Assembly (NCBI GenBank): GCA_949282275.1
Contig: CASDOO010000010.1
Coordinates: 36,597 to 100,596, forward strand
Reading direction: 5' to 3'
Length of the DNA: 64,000 bases
Origin: an uncultured Bacillota bacterium
Lineage (GTDB): Bacteria; Bacillota_I; Bacilli_A; RFN20; CAG-288
How positions within the stretch are numbered: the first letter of the stretch is position 1; each line of letters starts with the position of its first letter. Shown one piece after another: positions 1 to 11,119 of the stretch. The position numbers and the translations under genes are program-made. The notes below the pieces were generated by a model. The model saw nothing but the letters and a program-made list of their open reading frames with translations. It ran no database searches and was not told the DNA's origin.

Positions 1-1
1 A

Positions 2-1621
2 ATCGAAATGATGCGAGCAAGCGCAGTCAACTCGCTCTTGGAGAGGAAAGATACGATCGTCGTTTGTTCCGTGGCTTCCATCTATGGTCTTTCCGACCCG
101 GACGAATATCGGGATCTCGCCTTCACGCTCCATGTCGGAGAGCCTTTCAATCCGCAGGCTGTCGCCAAGAAGCTTGTCATCTCGCAGTACAAGCGAAACG
201 ACATCGACCTTTCGCCGGGAACCTTCCGCATCCGGGGTGAAGTCATGGATATCTATCCCCCTTCCGGAGACAAATTCTTCATCCGTATCTTTTCGAATTT
301 CGACGAGATTGCCGAAATCGACCAAATCAATCCCATTACCGGGGAGGTTCTCCACACGCTCGACTACTTTCCCATCTTCCCGGCCCATGAGCACGCCTCT
401 GGCACGGCCAGGATACAAAGGGCATGCAAGACCATCCGCGAAGAACTTATTCCACGTCTCAAGTTCTTCGACGACCAAGGCAAATTCCTTGAGTCGGAGA
501 GATTGAAAATGCGCACGGAACACGATCTCGATGCCCTCGAGGAATTCGGGATGTGCGCCGGAATCGAGAACTATGCCCGGCATTTCGACGGTCGGAAGGA
601 AGGCGAGACCCCCTATACCCTCTTTGACTATTTCCCGAAGGATTTCCTTCTTTTCATCGACGAAAGCCATGTCACGATTCCGCAGATCGGAGGCATGTAC
701 AATGGCGACCGTTCCCGCAAACAGACCCTTGTCGATTATGGTTTCCGTCTCCCTTCTGCCCTTGACAACAGGCCGCTTCGGTTCGAGGAATTCGAAAAGA
801 AGATAAACAACGTCATCTGCACATCGGCAACTCCCGGAGACTACGAGCTCAAGAAGTCCGACAACAAGGTCGTGGAACAGATCATCCGACCGACAGGACT
901 CCTCGATCCTCTTATCGAAGTCCGCTACAATACCAACAACCCCATCTATGACTTGATCGAGGAAATCAAAAAGAGAGTGGCAAAGGACGAGCGCGTCCTC
1001 GTCGTCACCTTGACGGTCAAGGATGCCGAAAACCTCACGGACTTCCTCAAGGAACATGATTTCAAGGTTGCCTATCTCCAGCACGAGATCCTCACCCTCC
1101 AGAGAAGCGAAATCATCTACAAGCTTCGCAAGGGAATCTATCAGGTCGTCGTCGGAATCAACTTGCTCAGGGAAGGCTTGGATATTCCGGAAGTCTCCCT
1201 CATCGCCATCCTGGATGCCGACAGGGAAGGGTTCCTAAGATCGACCCGTTCCCTGACGCAGATCGTCGGCCGTGCCGCAAGAAACAGCAACGGTCATGTC
1301 ATCATGTATTGCGACCGGATTTCCGATGCAATGGCGGAGACCATCAAGGAAACCAAGAGAAGACGTTCCATCCAGGAAAACTACAACGCCGAGCACGGCA
1401 TCACGCCAAGGACCATCGTCAAGCCGATACAGGCACCGCTGAAGATGATCGACGACGAGAGCAAGATCAAGAAGAGACAGGAAGGAAAGCTCACCAGGAA
1501 GGAAACCGAGCAGCTCATCAAGAAGCTGACGAAGGAAATGAACCAAGCCGCCAAGGAGCTCGATTTCGAGAAGGCGGCCCAGCTTAGGGACCAGCTCCTG
1601 GAATTGAAGGCAACCCTTTAA
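2..1621 (+). CDS. uvrB: Excinuclease ABC subunit B (UvrB), 5'-partial. The frame is open from the window edge.
   Basis: Helicase C-terminal motifs and a C-terminal UVR domain (…AAQLRDQLLELKATL). No stop upstream of the first Met back to position 2. Confidence 0.9.
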   Translation: MEMMRASAVNSLLERKDTIVVCSVASIYGLSDPDEYRDLAFTLHVGEPFNPQAVAKKLVISQYKRNDIDLSPGTFRIRGEVMDIYPPSGDKFFIRIFSNFDEIAEIDQINPITGEVLHTLDYFPIFPAHEHASGTARIQRACKTIREELIPRLKFFDDQGKFLESERLKMRTEHDLDALEEFGMCAGIENYARHFDGRKEGETPYTLFDYFPKDFLLFIDESHVTIPQIGGMYNGDRSRKQTLVDYGFRLPSALDNRPLRFEEFEKKINNVICTSATPGDYELKKSDNKVVEQIIRPTGLLDPLIEVRYNTNNPIYDLIEEIKKRVAKDERVLVVTLTVKDAENLTDFLKEHDFKVAYLQHEILTLQRSEIIYKLRKGIYQVVVGINLLREGLDIPEVSLIAILDADREGFLRSTRSLTQIVGRAARNSNGHVIMYCDRISDAMAETIKETKRRRSIQENYNAEHGITPRTIVKPIQAPLKMIDDESKIKKRQEGKLTRKETEQLIKKLTKEMNQAAKELDFEKAAQLRDQLLELKATL

Positions 1622-1893
1622 AGAGAATTCACTTCTTTAGACAAAGAAAGCGATTTTTTTCGATTTCTTAACAGCTTTCGTTTGCATTGGCATACTGCCT
1701 TTCCTATACTTGATGCGGCAAGCGCCTGCTGAGATGTGAAGGTCGACACCCCTGTGCCTTGATAGGCACATCAAAAAACAGAACCTTCTTTTTCAGAAGT
1801 TTTAGCGACAAAAAAACAGAAAAAGCTTTCTGACCCTCTCCTGAACCTTCACCGTGGCTATAGCCATGGGAACACATTGAAAGGATACAGACA

Positions 1894-4002
1894 ATGAAAA
1901 AGAAAAGTTTTTTGGGTGTTTTGCTTTTGGCCTCCACATTCAGCCTTGTCGGTTGCAATAACGGTACTTCTTCAACGACGACAACCACGCCGCCAGCAAC
2001 GACAACACCCTCGACACCATCGGTTCCCGAAGATCCTCTCGCTGCTCTTTGGACGGACTACGATACGTATACCATCGAAGAGCTTATCGACATGATGACT
2101 TCCACGGCATCCAAGGATCGGTATTATGTCAAAGCCGAGATCGTCGAGGTCAGCAACCCCACTTATGGCCAGATGACCATCAAGGATTCCACGGGCGAAC
2201 TTCTCGTTTACGGAACTTATGGCGCCGATGGCGTGGATCGTTATCCGACTCTTGAGGAAAAGCCTGTCGCGGGTGACTATGTCCTGCTTTATGGAACGAT
2301 TCAGATGTACAAGGACACTCCGGAAATCTATTCCGGCTGGATCATCGACTTCCAAAGCAATGCCGAGCCTTTCGATCCCTCCGACTATGAGGAAATGACC
2401 CTCAAGGAGGCTCGCTCCGCCAAGAAGGATGCCCTTATCAAGACGACAGGAACCGTTGCCGCCATTACGAATGCATCGGGGATCGTTCCCAATGGCGTCC
2501 TGCTCGTGGACGACAATGCCTCCATGTATGTTTACGATGATGCCTTTGCCAGTTCCGTCAAGGTCGGCAATACGGTCGAAATCTGCGGAACGAAAGATTA
2601 CTATATCGCGCAAAACGAATCTTCCAATGCCGAGAAATGGGGATATATCGGATCCAATCAGCTCACGGATATCCACCTCCTCAGCAACGACAAAGAAGAA
2701 AAGGCTCTCGATCTTTCCTGGGCAGAGGAAATCTCCGTCAAGGATTTGGTCGAGACACCGGCAAGCGAAGACATCACCGGATTGGTCTACAAGTCCACGG
2801 CAGTCATCCACAAGGATAGCAAGCCTGGCTATGTCAACTACTACATCAACGATCTCGACAACAGCACCGGCAGCTATGTCTACACCCAGGCCAATGGCGC
2901 CGACTTCGAATGGCTCGATCCCTATGATGGCAAGATCTGCACCGTCTACTACACCGCCCTCAACGCCAAGTCCACGGACACCGGAACCGTCTGGCGCTTC
3001 CTTCCCGTCCAGGTCGAGGAAGACAAGGACTTCGCCTTCGCCCAAGACGATGCCGCACAGTTCGTCCTGGACTACTATGCCGTCTCCCAATTCGACACGG
3101 TCTACCAGGCCGACCCAAAGATGGAAGTCCTGACCAGCGCCCCCGAGAACAACCTGATCGACCTCTCCGGCGTTACCCTTTCCTATGCTTCCTCCGATGA
3201 AAAGGTCGCCTGGTTCACGTCCGAGGAAGGAAAGACCATTTTCCACATCGATGCCAGCGTAACCAAGGAAGCCACGATTACCATCACGGCAAACAACGGC
3301 AATCACAAGAGCGCTACCGCCACGGTGAAGATTACCGCCCAGGCAAAGCCGGTATTCGAGAACCTCATCACCGTCAAGCAGGCTATCGAATCCGAAGTGG
3401 GAACGGAAGTCGTCGTCGATGGCATCGTCGGCCCTTCCCTTGTCAACAAGACCGGCTTCTATCTCATTGACGATACGGGAACCATCGCCGTCCAGGTCGC
3501 CAGCGAGACGGAACTGGATGGTCTTGCCATTGGACAGACAGTCACCCTTTCCGGGACACGCGATCTCAAGAAAGACGAAGGCGAAAACGTCGGTGGTCAG
3601 ATCAATATCCGCAACGCCACGATCGAATACAATGAGTTCGGAAACGTCCCCTATCCCACGAATGCCTTCATCACCGGAAAGACGATTGCGGATGTCTTGG
3701 CCCTCGATACTAACGATAGCAAGCATACGACGGAAGTCTATGTCATCGAGGACGTCACGGTCACGGGCGAATCCACGCAGTACTCTGACAACTACTATCT
3801 GACGCAGGGCGAAGACAGCCTCCGCCTGTATTGCAGCAACGCAAAGTCGCAGTATGGTTGGCTCAAGGACTATATCGACAAGACCATCGATGTCACGCTT
3901 GCCCCATGCCAGTGGAACAGCAGGACTCCCTATGCCTGTTGCGTCCTCTCCATCACCGATGGCGAAGGCAATACCATCTACAACGAACTCAATTTCGACT
4001 AA
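1894..4002 (+). CDS. Large surface lipoprotein with three OB-fold-like modules. Function unknown.
   Basis: Signal peptide and lipobox (MKKKSFLGVLLLASTFSLVGC), a T/P-rich linker, and repeated ~90-aa modules resembling tRNA_anti/YhcR-type OB folds. RBS AAAGGA upstream. Confidence 0.7.
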   Translation: MKKKSFLGVLLLASTFSLVGCNNGTSSTTTTTPPATTTPSTPSVPEDPLAALWTDYDTYTIEELIDMMTSTASKDRYYVKAEIVEVSNPTYGQMTIKDSTGELLVYGTYGADGVDRYPTLEEKPVAGDYVLLYGTIQMYKDTPEIYSGWIIDFQSNAEPFDPSDYEEMTLKEARSAKKDALIKTTGTVAAITNASGIVPNGVLLVDDNASMYVYDDAFASSVKVGNTVEICGTKDYYIAQNESSNAEKWGYIGSNQLTDIHLLSNDKEEKALDLSWAEEISVKDLVETPASEDITGLVYKSTAVIHKDSKPGYVNYYINDLDNSTGSYVYTQANGADFEWLDPYDGKICTVYYTALNAKSTDTGTVWRFLPVQVEEDKDFAFAQDDAAQFVLDYYAVSQFDTVYQADPKMEVLTSAPENNLIDLSGVTLSYASSDEKVAWFTSEEGKTIFHIDASVTKEATITITANNGNHKSATATVKITAQAKPVFENLITVKQAIESEVGTEVVVDGIVGPSLVNKTGFYLIDDTGTIAVQVASETELDGLAIGQTVTLSGTRDLKKDEGENVGGQINIRNATIEYNEFGNVPYPTNAFITGKTIADVLALDTNDSKHTTEVYVIEDVTVTGESTQYSDNYYLTQGEDSLRLYCSNAKSQYGWLKDYIDKTIDVTLAPCQWNSRTPYACCVLSITDGEGNTIYNELNFD

Positions 4003-4016
4003 TAATTTCCATTAAC

Positions 4017-4055
4017 AAAAAGAGGTTGTCCGTTTTTGCGGACAACCTCTTTTTC
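4017..4055 (+). terminator. Rho-independent terminator after the lipoprotein gene.
   Basis: AGAGGTTGTCCG / CGGACAACCTCT, a 12-bp perfect stem with a TTTTTG loop, followed by TTTT. Confidence 0.75.
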
Positions 4056-4311
4056 AATAGCACTAAACCCATTCTTTTGAAATCAGAGGGAATTTTTATA
4101 ATCCTTCCTAAAAAGCTTTAGGCCGAGATATCTGATTTCTTTATCTTGGTTAGAAAAAAGAGTCCGATTGTCCCCATGGTGACTGGGGACACAAAAGCAA
4201 CGAGGCCAAATGAAGAAAAGCCGTGCTGTCAAACCTTATAATTTTCAAACATGAAAACTCATCACATCCATTTCCTAAAAAAACTTCATCCGTTGTCCAT
4301 GCCAAAATTGT

Positions 4312-5007
4312 TTACTTCATCACTTTCCAATAGCCTCTATGATCAGAACCGATTCGTTCAATCAATCCTTTTTCCTCAAGTTTTTTCAGGCGCAATGCAA
4401 CTGTTTTACGACTAACAGACAGCGTATTGGCTAATTGCGACATGGTATATCCAGGATCTTCTTCCAACAATATCAGAATTTCTTTCTCCCCATCAGTCAC
4501 CTTATCAATCACCCTATCAGTCACCTGTACAAAGCGATTATCTTGAGCAGTAAATTCGATCATAATATCACCCGGGTTAATTACATATTTCGGTTGTAAC
4601 AATTCCTTCCTTCTTACATACAGAGAATATTTTCTCAACGCCCCTCCCCTAGCTCTCAATAAAGCCGGCAAGATAAAAAAGAGCGAGATTAGGATTATAC
4701 GAACTCAATGCATGTTTACTCATTAGGTTATCAATTGTCCGATTTTTCTGGCAAGTATCCACAATTGGCAATATACATTTCATCCTCATAAACGCTAAAT
4801 TCGAATCCAAACACCAGACTGATATCATTTATGACATAATGCATTGAGCAAAGCCTCTCGCAGGGCTTCCTCGGGGACAAAGTAACGCTCAAGTCGCTGC
4901 ATCCCCTCATAGATTATTTTTGCCCTCATGTCTTTGAAATACACAAGTTCGACGACTTTATCGATTTGTTCAAGAACAGATCCGTGGATTTCATCTTGAT
5001 AAAGCAA
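4312..5007 (-). pseudogene. Decayed COG2865-type regulator gene (Schlafen/AlbA_2-HATPase_c_4-wHTH family). Two out-of-frame fragments; the N-terminal domain is missing.
   Basis: The 60-aa fragment (4825-5007) carries …PEEALREALLNALCHK. The 119-aa fragment (4312-4671) carries …YVINPGDIMIEF… plus a C-terminal winged HTH (MSQLANTLSVSRKTVALRLKKLEEKGLI). Frames are broken between them. The region is A+T-rich. Confidence 0.55.
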
Positions 5008-5072
5008 ATCGGAATCTGTTTCAAAATATCCGATTGTCTTTTGCTTACTTTTAAAAATGAAGCATGCTCACC

Positions 5073-5888
5073 TTATCTCGAAACAGAGGCGATGTCCACT
5101 GACAGTTTCGCGATCTCTTCCGGTTCCATCTGCCTTGCCCTTAGGGAAAGTCGTGAATCCTCTTCTTCCTTGAGTTTTTCCAGCGCCTTTCCATAGCAAT
5201 CGAATTGCCTAAGGCAGTTTGAGATGGTCTTGTTGGGATCCTTAAACAAAGCCTTGAAGACAGGATAGAGAGAGAAGGGAATGGGATGCGTCAGGTTAAT
5301 ACGGAGAAAGGCGGAATCAACCTTCGGGGAAGGGTCGAAGCAAGAACGATCGACAAAGGTAACAAGGTTCAATGTGCCGCTGGCCTTGATCAAAGCCCCC
5401 AGAGGACTGTTCTCCTTCCTGCCCTTCTTGTAGTCCAGCTTTTCAAAGACTTCCTTCTGAACCATGAATCCGGCAGAGGAAAAACCCTTATCGAGCATAT
5501 ATTCCAAAAGCCTTGAGGTGATGTTATAGGGAAGGTTACCTATGAAAAGACGGCTATCCTTATGGCTGACAGCGTCCGGATCGAAGCGCAGGAAATCCGA
5601 CTGGACAATTTGAATATCGCCATTATCCATGAAAATATCATTGAGAACCTTGATCATGTCCCTGTCGGCATCAACAAGAATCAATTTTTTTGCCGATTTT
5701 GAAAGAGGAACGGAAAGTGCCCCTAATCCCGGTCCGATTTCGATGACCGTGTCGAAAGAGGAAACATCCATGCCGTCTACGATGCGCCGGATAATGCCAT
5801 CATCCACGAGAAAATTCTGGCCGAAGGACTTCTTCGCCGCAAAGCCATATTCACGCAATAGTTCTTTCGTTCTCTCTCGTTCAGTCAT
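5073..5888 (-). CDS. rsmA: 16S rRNA (adenine1518/1519-N6)-dimethyltransferase RsmA/KsgA.
   Basis: SFGQNFL motif, SAM-binding VIEIGPGLGALS, and NLPYNI. Confidence 0.9.
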   Translation of the reverse strand: MTERERTKELLREYGFAAKKSFGQNFLVDDGIIRRIVDGMDVSSFDTVIEIGPGLGALSVPLSKSAKKLILVDADRDMIKVLNDIFMDNGDIQIVQSDFLRFDPDAVSHKDSRLFIGNLPYNITSRLLEYMLDKGFSSAGFMVQKEVFEKLDYKKGRKENSPLGALIKASGTLNLVTFVDRSCFDPSPKVDSAFLRINLTHPIPFSLYPVFKALFKDPNKTISNCLRQFDCYGKALEKLKEEEDSRLSLRARQMEPEEIAKLSVDIASVSR

Positions 5889-6444
5889 CCGTCAATATCT
5901 CCTCGATTTCATTCTTTCCGACAGAAAGCATCAGAAGGCAATCCTCGACCTTTTTTGCCGACGTATAGGGGATGGAATAATGGTCAACGAGTTTCATCCT
6001 TTTCACCTTGCTCCCCTGGCCGATGAGTCCCAGGTCATAGAAGTCCTCTTCTTCAAGGGACAGCCTCTCATCCGTAAAGAGGTCGTGGGAGACAAAGACG
6101 CGGAGATAATCCTTCAGAACCTGAATGTCCATTTCGGCAACTCCGACCTTTCCTTTCCGGATGGCCTTCTTCTTGGGAACATTCAAGTGGATGCAGGGAC
6201 CGATTCGTTCCTCTACCATGGAAGCAATCCTTCTTCCTGGCCCATCCGGATCCACCACAAGAACGACGTCCCGCACTTCCTTGCATTTTTTAAGGAAGTC
6301 CGTGATTTCCCGACGGATGAAAACGCCTTCCGTCGGAACGACGAAAAGGCAGCCAAGCTTCTTCAGCTTGTCCTCGTCATGGATGCCTTCGCAGACATAG
6401 AGATATCTCTTGTCCGGATGTTGGCCTTCAAATTTCGATTCCAT
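5881..6444 (-). CDS. rnmV: Ribonuclease M5 (RnmV), Toprim domain.
   Basis: VCEGIHDEDKLKKLG Toprim start. A strong RBS (GGAGAAATTCT-ATG) supports a start at 6444, overlapping the tatD 3' end. The ORF track's longer version (start at 6501) is less likely. Conserved yabF-ksgA order. Confidence 0.75.
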   Translation of the reverse strand: MESKFEGQHPDKRYLYVCEGIHDEDKLKKLGCLFVVPTEGVFIRREITDFLKKCKEVRDVVLVVDPDGPGRRIASMVEERIGPCIHLNVPKKKAIRKGKVGVAEMDIQVLKDYLRVFVSHDLFTDERLSLEEEDFYDLGLIGQGSKVKRMKLVDHYSIPYTSAKKVEDCLLMLSVGKNEIEEILTDD

Positions 6445-7213
6445 AGAATTTCTCCGCGTTTTCAATAAGAATTTCGGCGCATGCTTCATCGTCCATGCCA
6501 TGGATAGCGGCTATCTCGCGAATGACAAGGGGAAGATAGGAAGGATCGTTTCTTTTTCCGCGATACGGCGTCGGCGTCAAGTATGGGGAATCCGTTTCGG
6601 TCAGCAGAATGGAGAGAGGGGCCTTGGATACGACTTCCTTGAGGACCCGGGCATTCTTGAAGGTCAGGACGCCACCAACTCCTATATGGAAATCCAATCC
6701 CAATCGGAGATAGTTTTCCATCATCTCATACGATCCGGAATAGCAATGAAGATCAAAAACCGGCGGTTTCTCCTGCCGGACAATTTCATACGTGTCCTGA
6801 TCCGCATCCCGGCTATGGATGACGACAGGCAGGGAAAGTTCCTTGGCAAGACGAATCTGACGGATGAAGATCTCCTTCTGTCTTTCCTTTGTCTTTGGGC
6901 TCTTGTCGTAATGATAGTCCAATCCAATTTCCCCAATTGCCTGGATCTCGCTTTTATGCTCCCGTATGAAAGAAAAAGCCTCATCGAAATAGTCGTCCTT
7001 CTCCATCGCAAATTCCGGATGGATGCCAATGACGGAATAGAAGAATCCAGGATATCGTTTGGCTAGGGAGAGGATCTTTTCGAAAGAGGGAAGGGAATCC
7101 GCCGTATTGAAACAGGCCCTGACGCCAGTGTCCCTGCATTTTTCGATAACGGAATCCAAATCCTCTGTATAGGAGACATCATTGAGATGGCAATGCGTAT
7201 CGATGATTCTCAT
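6428..7213 (-). CDS. tatD: TatD-family metal-dependent DNase/hydrolase.
   Basis: MRIIDTHCHLN… TatD signature and length. Confidence 0.9.
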   Translation of the reverse strand: MRIIDTHCHLNDVSYTEDLDSVIEKCRDTGVRACFNTADSLPSFEKILSLAKRYPGFFYSVIGIHPEFAMEKDDYFDEAFSFIREHKSEIQAIGEIGLDYHYDKSPKTKERQKEIFIRQIRLAKELSLPVVIHSRDADQDTYEIVRQEKPPVFDLHCYSGSYEMMENYLRLGLDFHIGVGGVLTFKNARVLKEVVSKAPLSILLTETDSPYLTPTPYRGKRNDPSYLPLVIREIAAIHGMDDEACAEILIENAEKFYGIEI

Positions 7214-7216
7214 ATT

Positions 7217-8572
7217 CTATTTCCCCAGGCAAAAACGCGAAAACAAAGTCTGATAGATATCTTCCATCGTCTGGGAGACGTTCTCCCCCATCAAAGCATT
7301 GAGAAGATCGATGGCCTGTCGGAGAGTATCGGAAGCAATATCGATCTGATGGATTTCCCGAATGGCCTTCCTTGTCTCCATCAGCTTTTCCAGGATATCG
7401 GAAAGGAACTGTTCTTCCCTCTTCCCAAGGAAGGAAGATTCCTCCTTCGTATCCAAGTCCAGCTTCTCGAAAAGAATCCGGATCAACGGATTGAGATCAT
7501 CCGTCAGCGAAGAGAGAAAAATATCGGCGTCCTTGCCATCTCCGCCAAGATCCTTTTTCGTGGCGGCCTTGACAAGGGGTTTGTCGCCTATGGCTTCCAA
7601 AAGATCTTTTTCGTTCTCAAGGAAAGAGAAGCCGCAGTCGGAAGCGAGGATGACGATATCGCTATCCTTGATTGTCTTGAAGGATTTGGCAATTCCGATA
7701 TTCTCAATTTCATCCGTCGTCTTTCTAATTCCGGCCGTATCCTTGAATTGGAATCGGATTCCTCCGATTTCCCTTTCCCCTTCAACGACATCGCGGGTCG
7801 TTCCCGGAACGGAGGAAACGATTGCCTTGTCTTCCTGGATGAGGGCATTGAGCAAGGTCGACTTACCGACATTGGGTTCCCCGGCAATGGCAACACGAAT
7901 GCCTTCGTATTCCCTGTTGTTCCGCCTTGTCCTCTCCAGCGTCCTGGACCAGGCAAGAACATCCTCATCGAGTAGGGAGGCGACCTCTTCGAGCTCTTCG
8001 TCGTAGTCTTCCTTCTCGTCCGTGTACTGATCCTCAACGAAATATTCCAGTTTGGCGATATCTTCCAGAAGCCTCTCTTTCAGTGCCTTTACGGCTCTCG
8101 TGTTTTCGCCACTGACCGTATTGTTGGCAATCTGCATTGCCCGTGTCGACGTCGCATGGATCAAATCATTGATTCCTTGGGCCTTAAGCAAATCCATCTT
8201 TCCGTTGAAATAAGCCTGGGCGGAAAACTCGCCCTTTTCAGCCCTTCTTGCACCGTTTCTTGCCAAGGCAGACAGAAGGGTTTCCGCAATCAAGGGAGAG
8301 CCGTGGATCGATAAATCGACGGAATCAAACCCTGTATAGGATCTAGGCCCCTTATAGAGAACCATTATGCATTCGTCGATATAGGTTTTTTCATCATTCC
8401 TATCGGCATAGATCTTTGTCAGATAGGCATGATCCATCGAAAGTTTGGAGACATCCCTCCTTGTCATTTTGGAAAGGACCTCGAAAGCCTTCGGGCCCGA
8501 AAGGCGAACCAAGGCCAAAGCGCTTCGATAAGGAGGTGTCGCTAGGGCACAAATAGTATCAAAAACAAGCAT
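7217..8572 (-). CDS. mnmE: tRNA modification GTPase MnmE (TrmE).
   Basis: N-terminal MnmE domain, G-domain GEPNVGKSTLLNAL, and the C-terminal CxGK (…FCLGK). Confidence 0.9.
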   Translation of the reverse strand: MLVFDTICALATPPYRSALALVRLSGPKAFEVLSKMTRRDVSKLSMDHAYLTKIYADRNDEKTYIDECIMVLYKGPRSYTGFDSVDLSIHGSPLIAETLLSALARNGARRAEKGEFSAQAYFNGKMDLLKAQGINDLIHATSTRAMQIANNTVSGENTRAVKALKERLLEDIAKLEYFVEDQYTDEKEDYDEELEEVASLLDEDVLAWSRTLERTRRNNREYEGIRVAIAGEPNVGKSTLLNALIQEDKAIVSSVPGTTRDVVEGEREIGGIRFQFKDTAGIRKTTDEIENIGIAKSFKTIKDSDIVILASDCGFSFLENEKDLLEAIGDKPLVKAATKKDLGGDGKDADIFLSSLTDDLNPLIRILFEKLDLDTKEESSFLGKREEQFLSDILEKLMETRKAIREIHQIDIASDTLRQAIDLLNALMGENVSQTMEDIYQTLFSRFCLGK

Positions 8573-8720
8573 GTTTTCATTATATCAATTTCCTTCCGTT
8601 TCTTCTCCTGGTACATCTTTCTCGCCATTCCGATAGAGCATCTTCAGCCATATAGTCACGGCATTTGAAATCCGCTTTCTTTCCCTTCAAAATAGACAGG
8701 TAACATATCAGGAGGCCACC

Positions 8721-9290
8721 ATGACGGTCGAGGAATATATAGAAGCGATAGAAAAAGATGGCAAAGTAAAGGCTGATTCAGAAATGCATGAAGTGATGCA
8801 TTTCCAAGCCTTGGAAGCAAGAAAAATAACAAGCGCAATCAACGGAGAATACCACGAGGTCCCGGAATTGCGTGAACTGTTTTCAAAACTAATAGGAGAA
8901 AAAGTCGACGATGGCTTCAGACTCTTCCCTCCTTTCTATACCGATTTCGGAAGGAACATCCATCTTGGAAGAAACGTCTTCATCAATTCCGGGTGTTGCT
9001 TCCAGGACCAGGGCGGCATCGAAATCGGAGACAATACCCTAATCGGACATCAATGTGTCCTGGCAACGATAAACCATGATCTCGATCCCGAAAAAAGAGG
9101 AGACATGGAAATGAGGAAAATCGTCATAGGCAGAAACGTCTGGATCGGAGCCCATGCCACCATCCTTCCAGGAGTGACGATCGGAGAAGGGAGCGTCGTT
9201 GCCGCCGGGGCAGTCGTCACGAAGGATGTTCCACCATTTACTGTCGTCGCCGGCGTGCCAGCAAGGGCAATCAGGAAAACCGAAAAATAG
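8721..9290 (+). CDS. Hexapeptide-repeat sugar O-acetyltransferase (maltose/galactoside acetyltransferase-like).
   Basis: Mac N-terminal domain followed by left-handed beta-helix hexapeptide repeats. GGAGG RBS. Confidence 0.8.
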   Translation: MTVEEYIEAIEKDGKVKADSEMHEVMHFQALEARKITSAINGEYHEVPELRELFSKLIGEKVDDGFRLFPPFYTDFGRNIHLGRNVFINSGCCFQDQGGIEIGDNTLIGHQCVLATINHDLDPEKRGDMEMRKIVIGRNVWIGAHATILPGVTIGEGSVVAAGAVVTKDVPPFTVVAGVPARAIRKTEK

Positions 9291-9385
9291 CCCTTGCCAT
9301 CGTTTTTTGTTTCTTCGAACGAAAATCCATCTGGCAGTCTTTTGCTATCGAGAAAAACCTGTCCAAATACGGACTTCCAAAAAAA

Positions 9386-9414
9386 TTAACTTGTCCTTCT
9401 ATTTTTGATAGAAT
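9386..9414 (+). promoter_or_regulatory. Putative sigma-A promoter for eno.
   Basis: TTAACT, a 17-nt spacer, then TAGAAT, about 30 nt upstream of the eno RBS. Confidence 0.4.
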
Positions 9415-9439
9415 AGGTGCGTCATTATAGGAGATATAA

Positions 9440-10747
<1,308 letters not shown>

Positions 10748-10763
10748 AAAACGAAAGAAGAAC

Positions 10764-10797
10764 GGCTATGGGATCGAAAGGTCCCATAGCTTTTTTT
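10764..10797 (+). terminator. Rho-independent terminator after eno.
   Basis: GCTATGGGA-TCGAAAGG-TCCCATAGC followed by TTTTTTT. Confidence 0.75.
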
Positions 10798-11044
10798 ATG
10801 CTCGAACCAAGTACTATATCTATCTTTCTCGGGCATCTTCCAAAGGCCTTATCGAAGGCAAAACATCGAAGGCGTCTCGCTTGGTAAGCGTTTTCACACA
10901 CAATGTGTGATATTTTTGTTTGCCCAAAACAATCAAAACGCCTTATTTTTTCTTTCAAATCAATAATACTTTACGAGAATTTTGCGCAAAATTGGTAAAT
11001 TTTCTCATTAATTATTTCTGCTCTTTTGGAATTGAGTATTCTTC

Positions 11045-11073
11045 TTGAAAATTATTTTTCCTTTCCATATATT
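11045..11073 (+). promoter_or_regulatory. Putative sigma-A promoter for ftsH.
   Basis: TTGAAA, a 17-nt spacer, then TATATT, about 45 nt upstream of the ftsH start. Confidence 0.4.
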
Positions 11074-11119
11074 TAATGTAGTTGTGCCATGCATCCGCCT
11101 ACATTATGGAGGTAATTGA

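Noticed and set aside
1972-3726. Long antisense ORFs opposite real genes, for example 1972-3726(-), 9425-10738(-), 11282-13642(-), 17107-19683(+), 35997-38183(-), 38775-40877(-) and 46539-49538(+).
   Set aside because: Each lies antisense to a confidently identified gene (lipoprotein, eno, ftsH, feoB, the O-antigen ligase, the P-type ATPase, GH3). Their products are low-complexity G/D/R/S-rich. This is the classic codon-bias shadow effect.
6428-6501. Long rnmV N-terminal extension overlapping tatD by 74 nt.
   Set aside because: An internal Met at 6444 has a strong RBS and gives a canonical ~187-aa RNase M5. The longer form is unlikely.
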